Source: a virus (taxonomy: Duplodnaviria; Caudoviricetes). Taken from it: 64,000 nucleotides of DNA. Below are positions 10,155 through 19,662 of this stretch, piece by piece. Below the pieces are notes generated by a model. That model was not told the DNA's origin. It saw only the letters and a list, made by a program, of their open reading frames with translations, and did not search any database. How positions within the stretch are numbered: position 1 is the first letter of the stretch; every line of letters starts with the position of its first letter. The position numbers and the translations under genes are program-made. The stretch lies in IMG/VR virus record IMGVR_UViG_3300028392_002123, one strand, 5' to 3'.

Positions 10155-10925
10155 GTGAAGCTGGTCCATAACAAGTCTAGTACTCCTTTAAGGAGAACAG
10201 AGATGACTAAAAAGCAACGAAAGGTTCTTGCCCCGCAAGACCCTGCTACAGTTTTGCACATTGAAAAATTTAGAAAAAACAGACTACACAGAGTAGAGAT
10301 CATTCCGAAAAACCTCAGACAAGAAGACTATCTTGTAGAACTCGAGGACAATAATAAACACATAGTATTTGCAATAGGCCCAGCTGGCACGGGTAAAACC
10401 CTGCTGGCGTGTTTACTTGCGATTCGTGAGTTTAAAGCGGGTAATATAGATAAAATTGTTATCACTAGACCCGCAGTTAGTGTTGATGAACAACACGGAT
10501 TTTTACCAGGCACTTTAATAGAAAAAATGGCACCTTGGACACGCCCTATTTTTGACGTGTTCGAAGAATATTGGAATCCCAAACACATTGAAAATATGAT
10601 TGAGGAAAATGCCATCGAAGTTGCTCCACTGGCCTACATGAGAGGAAGGACTTTCAAAAATGCCATCATCATAGCAGACGAAATGCAGAATGCAACCCCA
10701 AGCCAAATGAAGATGTTGCTGACACGCATAGGAGACGGAAGTAGAATCTTCGTCACTGGCGATCTAGCACAACATGACAGAGGCTATGAAGAAAACGGAC
10801 TACGAGACTTTATACATCGATTAGCTAGTTCACGAACTAGTATGATTGGATGCGTAGAGTTTGAACAGCAGGATGTCGAACGTCATGCTGTAGTAGCCGA
10901 GGTATTGAAAATTTACGGCGAATAA
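10155..10925 (+). CDS. phoH: PhoH-family ATPase
   Basis: GPAGTGKT Walker A, IVITRPAV, GFLPG, EVAPLAYMRGRTF, IIADEMQN, LLTRIG, VTGDLAQ.D. Start may be GTG 10155 or ATG 10203 (AGGAG SD). Confidence 0.93.
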   Translation: MKLVHNKSSTPLRRTEMTKKQRKVLAPQDPATVLHIEKFRKNRLHRVEIIPKNLRQEDYLVELEDNNKHIVFAIGPAGTGKTLLACLLAIREFKAGNIDKIVITRPAVSVDEQHGFLPGTLIEKMAPWTRPIFDVFEEYWNPKHIENMIEENAIEVAPLAYMRGRTFKNAIIIADEMQNATPSQMKMLLTRIGDGSRIFVTGDLAQHDRGYEENGLRDFIHRLASSRTSMIGCVEFEQQDVERHAVVAEVLKIYGE

Positions 10926-10928
10926 GTA

Positions 10929-11522
10929 TTAGGCAACTGGACCAGCTACCACTATTTCGTAGATTTCTTTCCAATTCTTTACCCTAGGAATTTCTGGATG
11001 TTCAAAGTCCATGTTATGTCCGTGTTCCATTAGAATTGATTTCAAACCTACACGATTGCCGGCAACAGCATTGTCTATTTTATCTTCAATCCAGTAATAT
11101 CCTCGATCTTGATATTTTGACAAAACTGCATCCTTATCAGCACCAGTGTCTAAAAAGATAAATTTGTCAAAGGCAGTTTTTCCAAATAGCTTCTTAAGGT
11201 TCATTTTTCGTAGCTCTTGTGCATTTTTATCTTTGCTTAGACTAGTTATACAATGAAATACATAACCATGCTCTTCATGCAATCGTTTAATATAATACAT
11301 GGCATCACGTAAAGGAGGAAGAAATCCTATACTTGCAGATTCATTGAAGATCTTAATTAATTTTTTACCTTGTTCTCGATCGATTCCATATCTTAGTCCG
11401 ATATCGTATTTTAATTCTCCGCCTTGAACTTTGTTAAAACCATGTGTTTGTAAATAGATATCAAAGGCATATTCCCAGTCTAGTAGTACGCCATCTGCAT
11501 CGGTTAATATAATCTTATTCAC
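10929..11522 (-). CDS. HAD-superfamily phosphatase, 5'(3')-deoxyribonucleotidase-like
   Basis: N-terminal DADGVL motif I and WIEDK motif. Confidence 0.75.
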   Translation of the reverse strand: MNKIILTDADGVLLDWEYAFDIYLQTHGFNKVQGGELKYDIGLRYGIDREQGKKLIKIFNESASIGFLPPLRDAMYYIKRLHEEHGYVFHCITSLSKDKNAQELRKMNLKKLFGKTAFDKFIFLDTGADKDAVLSKYQDRGYYWIEDKIDNAVAGNRVGLKSILMEHGHNMDFEHPEIPRVKNWKEIYEIVVAGPVA

Positions 11523-12463
11523 GTTAGTCCTCTACGTAGTCTGTCAAGTTTAACAATGGTAGCACTTAGGTTAATTTCCGGATCTGAACACATGCTGTGA
11601 TTCACCATACCTTCTTTGAGAATGATAATAGCCAAATCTTGTACATCCAAGTCGTCACTCCAGAAATTTAAATTACGGAATAAGAATTTAAAAACTTCTT
11701 CGTATTCTTCAAGGCCAATCTTTTTACAGATCATTTCTCTGGCTTGACGAATATTTCCATTTTGAAACATAGCAATAGCTTCTAGCTTCCATTCGCTGGT
11801 ATCAGTGCCAGAGCCTGCATTAGGCAATACCAGTGTGCCACCTCGACTATACTGTTGTGCTGTGTTAATTGCTTTGCGTAAATCTGGATAGGTTGCTTTA
11901 ACAAAACTGGTCAAAGTATCTACATCAAACTCACAGCCTTCGTCTGCTAAAATCTGTCCCACACGCACAGTGAATTCTGTTTCATCTAGCTGATGGAATG
12001 CAAAGCCCTGACATCTGCTGTGTAGTGCAGGCATGATTTTATGCGGCATATTACAGGTAAGAATAAAACGTGCCACCATGCTGTATTGTTCTAGCATGCC
12101 ACGCAATACTCCCTGTGCCGTTGGACTTAGATAGTCTGCTTCGTCTAGAATAATAACACGATAATCGCCAAAGGCCATGCTCTTACAAAAGTTACTGACT
12201 TTGTCACGAAGATTTTCTGCTCCTGTTTCGTGACTGGCATTAATGAACATGATGTCAGCACGTTGTACACCTAGCTCGTTGCATAGAACTTTGGCCAGTG
12301 TAGTTTTGCCTGTTCCTGGACTGCCGCTTAACAGTAAATGAGGAATATTTTTATCTTGAATCCAACCCTCAACCATGAGTTTTTGGCTGGGATCAATCCA
12401 AACGTAATCTTTAATAGTGGCGGGTCTATATTTCTCGACCCAGAGATAGTTTTGTGAAGTCAT
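11519..12463 (-). CDS. Sliding-clamp loader small subunit (RFC / T4 gp44-like)
   Basis: LWVEKYRP, GSPGTGKTT, IILDEAD, RFILTCN, ALHSRC, YPDLRKAIN. Confidence 0.92.
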   Translation of the reverse strand: MTSQNYLWVEKYRPATIKDYVWIDPSQKLMVEGWIQDKNIPHLLLSGSPGTGKTTLAKVLCNELGVQRADIMFINASHETGAENLRDKVSNFCKSMAFGDYRVIILDEADYLSPTAQGVLRGMLEQYSMVARFILTCNMPHKIMPALHSRCQGFAFHQLDETEFTVRVGQILADEGCEFDVDTLTSFVKATYPDLRKAINTAQQYSRGGTLVLPNAGSGTDTSEWKLEAIAMFQNGNIRQAREMICKKIGLEEYEEVFKFLFRNLNFWSDDLDVQDLAIIILKEGMVNHSMCSDPEINLSATIVKLDRLRRGLT

Positions 12464-12468
12464 GTTTT

Positions 12469-12497
12469 ATTATAAAGGATTTAAAGGGAAATGTCAA
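12469..12497 (-). promoter_or_regulatory. Consensus sigma70 promoter TTGACA-N17-TATAAT, 5 nt before the clamp-loader ATG
   Basis: Read directly; no SD between the -10 box and the ATG. Confidence 0.85.
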
Positions 12498-12499
12498 TT

Positions 12500-12871
12500 T
12501 TAGCGAGCGCCAAAATCTTCGGGGCGATGAGCAGAACTGCTCGTGTCAAAACTTTCGCCAAACATTGTATCATCGGGTTTTTCCGGAGCAACTGCTAGGA
12601 TACCTTCGGGATCAATTTTTTGGAATTTGAATACTTTGCCATTGTCGTCTTTGATTTCAATGGTCATAGTCCAGCGGCCGTGTTCGCAGAGAATCCAATC
12701 GTCGGCCTTGACATCTGTGATATCATCTGCTACTTGCCATACTCGACCCCAGCGTGGGCGAATACCTTCTAATTTACCATTATCGTCTTTGAGAATGATA
12801 CCACTTTTGGTAACACGCTCGCCTTGTTCTAGTACAGCAAATATATTGCCTGGTAATGGTTTAATTTTCAT
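12500..12871 (-). CDS. groES: Co-chaperonin GroES-like protein
   Basis: MKIKPLPG...ERVTKSGIIL mobile-loop motif, G.V..V, as in phage Cpn10 homologues. Confidence 0.75.
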   Translation of the reverse strand: MKIKPLPGNIFAVLEQGERVTKSGIILKDDNGKLEGIRPRWGRVWQVADDITDVKADDWILCEHGRWTMTIEIKDDNGKVFKFQKIDPEGILAVAPEKPDDTMFGESFDTSSSAHRPEDFGAR

Positions 12872-13216
12872 TTAAAATTCCTTGTTTGTATTTCTTGCGT
12901 CTAGTTCTGTGAGATATTCTACACTACCGTCGCTGTAAGTAACTTCTGTTCTAGTAATCCCATCAATGCCAACTACTTCTCTGCGTTTTATTTCTGTTTG
13001 AGAAGGATTTAAATTTACTGTTGTTGATGCAGTCATATTAGCATCATGGAACTTATTTGCAATTTCCTGCGCTGTTGCTACAATCTTTCCTCCAGCGCCT
13101 AACATATCACCACGTGCATTTCTAGGTGCGTTGCCCACTGCGGTTGTTGTGCCTCTGGATGCAGAGAATGCCTGCATGTTAAATTCTCTCCCTTTGGCTG
13201 TTCTGTGTTTGCTCAT
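12872..13216 (-). CDS. Hypothetical protein
   Basis: 114 aa, AVGNAPRNARGDMLGAGGKIV segment; operonic. Confidence 0.6.
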   Translation of the reverse strand: MSKHRTAKGREFNMQAFSASRGTTTAVGNAPRNARGDMLGAGGKIVATAQEIANKFHDANMTASTTVNLNPSQTEIKRREVVGIDGITRTEVTYSDGSVEYLTELDARNTNKEF

Positions 13217-13686
13217 TTTAAAAATTCCTTAATGTCTAAATTATATTTAAGACTGTTGACTCTGTGTATGCCCAGCAAATACAAACAATAACTGGCCACA
13301 CTACTGCCTCGTCCGACTCCATAGATAACATCATTTAATATAATAACTTCGCTGAAGTATGCTAAAAATCTTAATAGGTCAAACAAATCTCTTTCTTCGA
13401 ATAATTCTAATTCTTCATTGACCCGATTAACTTGATCTTGATTACTACATTTATCCAGCAAAAATTGTTTTATATCCAAGCTTTTATAAGGCTCGGGTAT
13501 ATTCCAAGATAAGTTATCTTCTGCCAGTGTAAATGGATTAGTCAATTTATTAGACTTACAATTTTTATCAAACTGATTCCACATTGAAATATTACTGGGC
13601 AATATTTTTACTTGCCTTTGTTCTAATAACAATTCCACTAGGTCGTCGTCGCTGACAAAAGCAAATCCCTGTTCATTTAGAAACAT
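13213..13686 (-). CDS. DnaE (Pol III alpha)-like fragment
   Basis: C-terminal YGVGRGSSVASYCLYLLGIHRVNSLKYNLDIKEFLK matches DnaE GRGS..GS.V.Y.LGIT..DP...L.FERFL. Likely start ATG 13686, just after the upstream stop. Confidence 0.75.
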   Translation of the reverse strand: MFLNEQGFAFVSDDDLVELLLEQRQVKILPSNISMWNQFDKNCKSNKLTNPFTLAEDNLSWNIPEPYKSLDIKQFLLDKCSNQDQVNRVNEELELFEERDLFDLLRFLAYFSEVIILNDVIYGVGRGSSVASYCLYLLGIHRVNSLKYNLDIKEFLK

Positions 13687-13687
13687 A

Positions 13688-13909
13688 TTATCCGATGCTA
13701 ATGAAGTTGTCAAATTTATCATCTGGGTTATTTGTATTTTGTACTTGTCTGAGTTCAAATTGAGCAAGACGGCACTCTTCTAACATAAAGTTGAACTGGC
13801 CAAGAATTTGTGGATTTGCGCCAGCTCTTATTGCAACGTTTAGTTTTTTCAAAAGAGTTTTTTCTTGCTCTATTAAAGAATTTAGTTTAGTTTGATATTC
13901 GTCGGCCAT
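13688..13909 (-). CDS. Hypothetical helical protein
   Basis: 73 aa operonic ORF. Confidence 0.55.
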   Translation of the reverse strand: MADEYQTKLNSLIEQEKTLLKKLNVAIRAGANPQILGQFNFMLEECRLAQFELRQVQNTNNPDDKFDNFISIG

Positions 13910-14236
13910 TTAAAAATTCACGCTTAATCCACAACCGCAGGATCCTTTTATGTTGGGATTAACAATAGTTAACTTACTGTTAAGTCCATCTTTTTGCATA
14001 ACTATCATACTTGCAAACATCTTATCTGCTGTGGATTTATTCAAGTATAACATATTGTCCTGCGTAAGTCTAATACTAAATTCACCAGTTTCTTCGTCTG
14101 TGGTAGTCCATCGATATTCATAACCATTACAGCCGCCATCAACTAGCTCTAAGTGAACGTGTTTCTTCCCGTCATTTTTGATCATGTCAGAAATATACTT
14201 TGCGGCCGCTGTGGTTACTTCAATAGGATGAATCAT
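13910..14236 (-). CDS. sufA: A-type Fe-S carrier (SufA/IscA, HesB family)
   Basis: GGCNGYEY and terminal CGCGLS motifs. Confidence 0.85.
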   Translation of the reverse strand: MIHPIEVTTAAAKYISDMIKNDGKKHVHLELVDGGCNGYEYRWTTTDEETGEFSIRLTQDNMLYLNKSTADKMFASMIVMQKDGLNSKLTIVNPNIKGSCGCGLSVNF

Positions 14237-14541
14237 GATTTTAATAGAACTTTGATTAAATCTGCTTTAACTGCACGAGCCTTAACTTCAAGTCCACGCT
14301 CTTGTGCCAGTGCCAATAATTCAGCTTTGGTTTTCTTTTCCAAATCTGCTTTCTTAAAACTAGGTTTAACTTCTAGTACAGTTGTTGTAACCGCTTCTGC
14401 TTTTTCAACAGGAAGAACTACAGGTACATCTGCAACGGCTGTTGGAACAACAGCAACTTCAACTTTATACGGTGCTTCTGGAGCCGTAGGTGTTTCAGCG
14501 GTCTTCGCGCCAAATATCCATGTCATCATTTTCTTGATCAT
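14233..14541 (-). CDS. Small protein with a C-terminal HeH/Rho-N-like helical motif
   Basis: KADLEKKTKAELLALAQERGLEVKARAVKADLIKVL after a low-complexity linker. Confidence 0.55.
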   Translation of the reverse strand: MIKKMMTWIFGAKTAETPTAPEAPYKVEVAVVPTAVADVPVVLPVEKAEAVTTTVLEVKPSFKKADLEKKTKAELLALAQERGLEVKARAVKADLIKVLLKS

Positions 14542-14860
14542 AATTATAAATTCCCATTTCTAGTCTAGATTCTTCGCTGATCCTGTCCGGTGTCCAAGCA
14601 GGATCAAAGACTACATCTAATGATGTTGTTCTACTTGTATTTAACATCGTACAAGCATTTTCTACCTGCAGCCGTACTTCAGCGGGTATTTCTTCAGCAC
14701 TTGGACAGAAAGCACTGGTCAATGTCATTATAATTTTAACGTCGGTGTCGGTTACTGTTAACTCGTAAAACAGTCCCAAGTCCCATATATTAACTGGAAT
14801 TTCAGGATCGTGAACTGTTTTTATATTTTCAATAATTTGTTCTCGGAGTTGATCATTCAT
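14495..14860 (-). CDS. sufT: DUF59 Fe-S assembly protein (SufT/PaaD-like)
   Basis: VHDPEIPVNIWDLGL, MTLTSAFCPSA, VVFDPAWTPDRISEE.RL.MG. Confidence 0.88.
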   Translation of the reverse strand: MNDQLREQIIENIKTVHDPEIPVNIWDLGLFYELTVTDTDVKIIMTLTSAFCPSAEEIPAEVRLQVENACTMLNTSRTTSLDVVFDPAWTPDRISEESRLEMGIYNYDQENDDMDIWREDR

Positions 14861-15264
14861 AGTGTTTTCATTTTCTCCAGGAGATTGGCTACTCCGTTTT
14901 GTCTACCCATGGACAGCAATGGTGCTAGTCCAATCTGTTCCAGTGATTTGATGCTAAAGCTTTGTCTTTGATTATTGTCTGCTTGATTATACCAATCGCA
15001 GATCATCGACGCAATACCTTGTACGATTAAACTTTCCCCGTAGCAGTAAAAATTATTATCTATACGCTCTAGCCATAGGTTACTAGTACATCCTTTAACC
15101 AAATTAGATTCTAGTAATTCCACTTGGAACGCAGGCCTAGCTATTGCTCCATATTCAATGATCCAATCATATTTGTCCAGTGATTCTTCTAGGTCGAATA
15201 AATCACTAAACATGTCTCGAAAGTCTAGCATAGATTCCTCCCAGTTTATCGAATACTGTTTCAA
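14857..15264 (-). CDS. sufE: SufE-like sulfur acceptor
   Basis: NLVKGCTSNLW (conserved Cys), GESLIVQGI, LSMGRQNG. The true start is probably a downstream ATG. Confidence 0.75.
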   Translation of the reverse strand: MKQYSINWEESMLDFRDMFSDLFDLEESLDKYDWIIEYGAIARPAFQVELLESNLVKGCTSNLWLERIDNNFYCYGESLIVQGIASMICDWYNQADNNQRQSFSIKSLEQIGLAPLLSMGRQNGVANLLEKMKTL

Positions 15265-16393
15265 TTTCCGAATATGTAGTATAACATGCCCAACTAATTC
15301 TCAACATGCCAGTTGTACCCAGGGCAGTTAATAATGGCTGAGCACATAATTTACCACTGCGAACCATTATATTGCTAGCATCCAGCATCATGGCATAATC
15401 CTCTACTTGACCAAATTTAGGTATTAAACTAATTAGGCCACTGTCACATTGTGATGTTGCAATAAACTGCTCCGATGATATATGATCATTAACAAATGAT
15501 GCCATGGTACGATCGTGTGATTCTATTTCTGTTTGATTGGCCATTAACCAATCGATTAATTTAGGCAAGGTATATATGGCCGCAAGATTTTGTGTGCCAC
15601 TTTCAAATCTAGAAGCATCCTGAGTCCATGTAGCACCAGTATTGCTGACATTAAGTACAGAGCCGCCACCCGGATGCACAGGCGGATACAACTTCCATAT
15701 AGGATCAATTAATAATGTACCTAATCCTGTGGGCCCATATATTTTATGCCACGACCATGCAACAAAATCAAAGCCATTATAGTCGATGTTACGTTTGCTG
15801 ATAATTTGTGCGGCATCGATTACAGTTGTGCAGGCATAGGTATGTGCTATTTTTTTAATTCTATCCAAGTCATTGACTTTGCCTAATACATTGCTGACAG
15901 CACTGACTGCAATAATTTTACAACCTGCAGAATCTTGTTTGACCTGTTGTTCTAATGCGTCTAAATCTAGTAGTCCAGTGGGATCTAAGTTAATGTCAAT
16001 GATATTCCATCGTCCGGCATCCAGAGCCAATTGTCTAAAAGGTAATGTCAAACTATGGTGACTGTCGATTCCTAGATAGATATTACCACCTATCATGGCA
16101 TTATTAATTAGTTGCACAGCATCATATAAACCTTGACTGGTACCGCTGTTGAAAACAACACGATCACAGGGATCTTTTATGCCCAGCCATTCGCCTATTC
16201 GAATTTTAGATTTAGAATATTCCAAGTCTATTAGTGTACCCATACTGTGTCCACTACGATGAGCATTGGATTTAAATTCCAACATAAAATCTCGCTGATC
16301 ATCTGCAACGGAATAATATGTTTGACTAGTGGCCGCAGAATCCAAATATACTATGTCTGGTCTGCGTTTAAAAAATGGAAAATTTTCACGCAT
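15206..16393 (-). CDS. sufS: Cysteine desulfurase, SufS family
   Basis: YLDSAATSQ, IDAAQ, SWHKIYGPTGLG (PLP Lys), RFESGTQN, VRSGKLCAQPL (catalytic Cys). Confidence 0.9.
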   Translation of the reverse strand: MRENFPFFKRRPDIVYLDSAATSQTYYSVADDQRDFMLEFKSNAHRSGHSMGTLIDLEYSKSKIRIGEWLGIKDPCDRVVFNSGTSQGLYDAVQLINNAMIGGNIYLGIDSHHSLTLPFRQLALDAGRWNIIDINLDPTGLLDLDALEQQVKQDSAGCKIIAVSAVSNVLGKVNDLDRIKKIAHTYACTTVIDAAQIISKRNIDYNGFDFVAWSWHKIYGPTGLGTLLIDPIWKLYPPVHPGGGSVLNVSNTGATWTQDASRFESGTQNLAAIYTLPKLIDWLMANQTEIESHDRTMASFVNDHISSEQFIATSQCDSGLISLIPKFGQVEDYAMMLDASNIMVRSGKLCAQPLLTALGTTGMLRISWACYTTYSEIETVFDKLGGIYARLSRHV

Positions 16394-16847
16394 TATCTAA
16401 TAAACTCTGTTTAATCATTTCTTTGTAATCAACAATACCTCTACTGCTGAGGTAATACTTATCTTCTGCTTTTAGTGTTCCTAGTGCATTGCCATGTGTT
16501 GCAATGATATTACTGTTGGCAATAAACATTTCTGGCCTTGCTTTGATAACACTTTTGTCAAAGGGCCAACTGCGAATTTGAATGTCAGTTTCAACCCCTT
16601 CTACATCCTTGGGTACTATTAAATTACAAACACAGTCCACTGAAGCTTTATTTTCTGCAAATACATATATTTTTATTTTGCTTTTACTAAAGGGCAGTGG
16701 ATCTATTTTGATATTAGCTGTACACGATCCTTTAGTCTGAATAATATAAATGTCAATGGTCTGTAACTTTTCCGTGGAAAAGGTAGTAAAATGCATGTCG
16801 ATATTTTCCATGTCTTCGCAGACACGTTTAACGTTTAATAGACCCAT
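16386..16847 (-). CDS. sufD: Short SufD-like protein
   Basis: C-terminal ATHGNALGTLKAEDKYYLSSRGI matches SufD/SufB C-terminus; position between sufC and sufS; only 153 aa. Confidence 0.65.
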   Translation of the reverse strand: MGLLNVKRVCEDMENIDMHFTTFSTEKLQTIDIYIIQTKGSCTANIKIDPLPFSKSKIKIYVFAENKASVDCVCNLIVPKDVEGVETDIQIRSWPFDKSVIKARPEMFIANSNIIATHGNALGTLKAEDKYYLSSRGIVDYKEMIKQSLLDNA

Positions 16848-17490
16848 TGCTTAATTCTATTTGATTACTGCTGTATAAATCTTGTAGTTCTTTGTCATGT
16901 GTTACTAATAACACACAGCCGTTATTTCTAATTTCTGTGACTAAATTAATAATTTTTTCTCTACTAGATTGTTCTAGGCCAGAATCTGGTTCATCTAGTA
17001 AAAGAACCTTGATACCATTTTTAAGTAATACTACCTGTGCTAACTCGTTTTTCTTACGTTCGCCGCCGCTGGCACCGTCATTGAACGGCCGCTTCTCCCA
17101 GCCTGCGGGCAGGCCAATCCAATTGAATATTGATTTAGTAATTTTAATTAATTCACTGGTGCTACCTGCTACGTTTTGAGATTTTTGTATTTCTTTAAAC
17201 AGAGTCATGGTATTAACACCATTTATAGTCGGAGGCGCTTGATGAGACATAAAAACTCCACCACGGCTTCTTTCATAGCAGGGCAAGTCCAACAATTCTT
17301 TGTCTCCTAGTTGAATACTGCCTGTGGCTGTAATGTCTGGTCTTCCCATGATGGTGTGCAACAATGTACTTTTTCCACTGCCGTTTGATCCTGTGATTAG
17401 CAGACATTCTCCGTAATTTACAGTCACGGATAGATTGGAAATAATTTCCTTGTCTCCAATTTTAGCTGACAGATTTTTTATTGTTAACAT
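16828..17490 (-). CDS. sufC: SufC ABC-type ATPase
   Basis: GSNGSGKSTL, IMGRP, RSRGGVFMSHQAP, ASGGERKKNE, LLLDEPDSGL. Confidence 0.9.
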   Translation of the reverse strand: MLTIKNLSAKIGDKEIISNLSVTVNYGECLLITGSNGSGKSTLLHTIMGRPDITATGSIQLGDKELLDLPCYERSRGGVFMSHQAPPTINGVNTMTLFKEIQKSQNVAGSTSELIKITKSIFNWIGLPAGWEKRPFNDGASGGERKKNELAQVVLLKNGIKVLLLDEPDSGLEQSSREKIINLVTEIRNNGCVLLVTHDKELQDLYSSNQIELSNGSIKR

Positions 17491-17716
17491 TAATTTTATT
17501 TTCTTCTAGTACAGGCGCAATTCTTTCCAACTCTTCTGGGTGAGCATAACGCACTTCTTTCATACCCGACCAACTATCTTCGGTGAAAACTCTCACGGGT
17601 TTCCAATATTTGTGTACAATATTATTCACTATAACTATAGCAATAACAAACACAATAAAGCCCAAGGCTGTTAGTATACTTCCGGCTAAAAATACTGCCG
17701 CTTGATCCATATCCAT
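17462..17716 (-). CDS. Small single-pass membrane protein inserted between sufB and sufC
   Basis: Hydrophobic N-terminal stretch; overlaps both neighbours. Confidence 0.55.
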   Translation of the reverse strand: MDMDQAAVFLAGSILTALGFIVFVIAIVIVNNIVHKYWKPVRVFTEDSWSGMKEVRYAHPEELERIAPVLEENKINVNNKKSVS

Positions 17717-19131
17717 TATCCAATACTCCCTTCCATTGTTACTGATAATAATTTATTTGCCTCGGCCGCAAACTCCAAAGGCAATGTGTTCAACACACTA
17801 CGACAAAATCCACTAACGATTGCACCTGCGGCGCTTTCTGGATCCAGTCCTCTTGACGTCAAGTAATATAACTCTTCGTCACTGACACGGCCTGTTGTGG
17901 CTTCATGTTCTACTTGAGCAGTTTCATTTCTACAATCTGTATAAGGGATTGTATTTGATCTGCTATTATTTCCAATCATCAAACTGTCGCATTGTGTAAA
18001 ATTACGAGCATTTTTAGCGCCGGGAGTCATACGAACCAGACCTCTATATGTCATCGTGCTATTACCCAAGCTGATACCTTTACTGATAATTTTACTACGA
18101 GTGTTGGCGCCAATGTGAATCATTTTTGTACCAGTGTCAGCCTGTTGTCTACCACGAGTGACAGCCACTGAGTAGAACTCACCTGTTGACCCATCACCCT
18201 GAAGGACGCAACTGGGGTACTTCCAGGTAATGGCTGATCCTGTTTCCACCTGAGTCCAACTAACTCTGCTTTTGGCTCCACGACATTGGGCACGTTTGGT
18301 GACAAAGTTGTAGACTCCGCCGATACCGTGCTCATCTCCTGGGTACCAGTTTTGTACAGTTGAATATTTAATCTCTGCCCTGTCAAGGGCAACAAGTTCG
18401 ACCACTGCGGCATGTAACTGATTCTCGTCACGTTGGGGTGCTGTACATCCTTCCAAGTAAGATACATAACTGTCCTTGTCTGCTATAATTAAGGTGCGTT
18501 CAAATTGACCGCTACCAGCACTATTAATTCTAAAGTAAGTGCTCAACTCTAATGGGCATCGTTTGCCTTCTGGAATATAAACAAAACTGCCATCACTGAA
18601 TACTGCCGAGTTAATACAGGCAAACCAGTTATCGCCCTGAGGTATAACTGAGCCTACATATTGTCGTACTAGATCAGGATGATGTTGTACTGCTTCGTTA
18701 AAACTACAAAAGATAATGCCTTCTTCTGCTAGTTTCTCTTTGTATGTTGTGCCAATACTAACGCTGTCAAAGACTGCATCAACAGCAACACCTGCTAACT
18801 TGGCACGTTCTTTTAAAGGGATACCCAACTTTTCAAAGTCATCCAGAATTTCCTGTGGTACTTCATCGAGACTTTTAAATTGTTTCTTAGGTCGACTGTG
18901 ATAGTAAATGTTGTCGTAGTCCGGGCGTGTGTACTTTAACTCGGCCCAGTCAGGCTCAGTCATTGTAGATAGTTTGGCTAGTGCATTAAGCCTGAATTCA
19001 AGTAGCCATTCGGGTTCATTGTTTTTAGCACTGATTATACGAACAGTATGCTCGTTCAAACCTTTACCGATTAATTCGGTGTCAACATTAGTAACCCACC
19101 CTGCCAAATATTCGTGTTCTAGTTCATTCAT
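17716..19131 (-). CDS. sufB: Fe-S cluster scaffold SufB
   Basis: [78 protein letters not shown]. Likely start ATG 19131. Confidence 0.96.
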   Translation of the reverse strand: MNELEHEYLAGWVTNVDTELIGKGLNEHTVRIISAKNNEPEWLLEFRLNALAKLSTMTEPDWAELKYTRPDYDNIYYHSRPKKQFKSLDEVPQEILDDFEKLGIPLKERAKLAGVAVDAVFDSVSIGTTYKEKLAEEGIIFCSFNEAVQHHPDLVRQYVGSVIPQGDNWFACINSAVFSDGSFVYIPEGKRCPLELSTYFRINSAGSGQFERTLIIADKDSYVSYLEGCTAPQRDENQLHAAVVELVALDRAEIKYSTVQNWYPGDEHGIGGVYNFVTKRAQCRGAKSRVSWTQVETGSAITWKYPSCVLQGDGSTGEFYSVAVTRGRQQADTGTKMIHIGANTRSKIISKGISLGNSTMTYRGLVRMTPGAKNARNFTQCDSLMIGNNSRSNTIPYTDCRNETAQVEHEATTGRVSDEELYYLTSRGLDPESAAGAIVSGFCRSVLNTLPLEFAAEANKLLSVTMEGSIG

Positions 19132-19331
19132 TGTTTTATTATATCGAATATGTTGCCATATTCGTATCTTGTCCAATCATCCATATCTACATAAGTGTTA
19201 ATACACCTACGATATATTTTCTTTAACCATACTCGTTCGCCGCTGACAGTTTTAACTGGCCTCCAAGCAAACCAAATATCCCAGGGCATAACTTCTATTT
19301 TTCTAGCAACATTGCCTATAGGATCAAACAA
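19128..19331 (-). CDS. Hypothetical protein
   Basis: 67 aa Trp-rich operonic ORF. Confidence 0.55.
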   Translation of the reverse strand: MFDPIGNVARKIEVMPWDIWFAWRPVKTVSGERVWLKKIYRRCINTYVDMDDWTRYEYGNIFDIIKQ

Positions 19332-19661
19332 TTATTGCCACCTTAACATAAACATCATCTTATCTTCTTGACTATCAAACTCAAGAAGCATGCCGATTAG
19401 TTTACATTGTACACTACTTATAGCACACCAGTCAAATATATTTTGCTCATTATCAATCCAAAATTTTGGATCGCAGATTAACAGCAAAGGTTTTTGACCT
19501 AAATTAGCATGTGCGTCAACAAATTTTATGCCCTGATCTTTTAACATTTTATGTGCAATATCGGCATGCTTGAGTACTTTGACAAATCTGTCGCCCTGCG
19601 CTTCTTCTACCCAAATCTCCCAACACAATTTACTAGAATTAAAATAAGCATAGGGGTTCAA
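19332..19661 (-). CDS. Hypothetical protein
   Basis: 109 aa operonic ORF ending in F.LRW-type motif. Confidence 0.55.
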   Translation of the reverse strand: MNPYAYFNSSKLCWEIWVEEAQGDRFVKVLKHADIAHKMLKDQGIKFVDAHANLGQKPLLLICDPKFWIDNEQNIFDWCAISSVQCKLIGMLLEFDSQEDKMMFMLRWQ

Positions 19662-19662
19662 G

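Noticed and set aside
19132-19176. N-terminal extension of SufB (MDKIRIWQ...) given in the ORF track
   Set aside because: It overlaps the upstream gene and contains the TATAAT box; ATG 19131 is the more plausible start.
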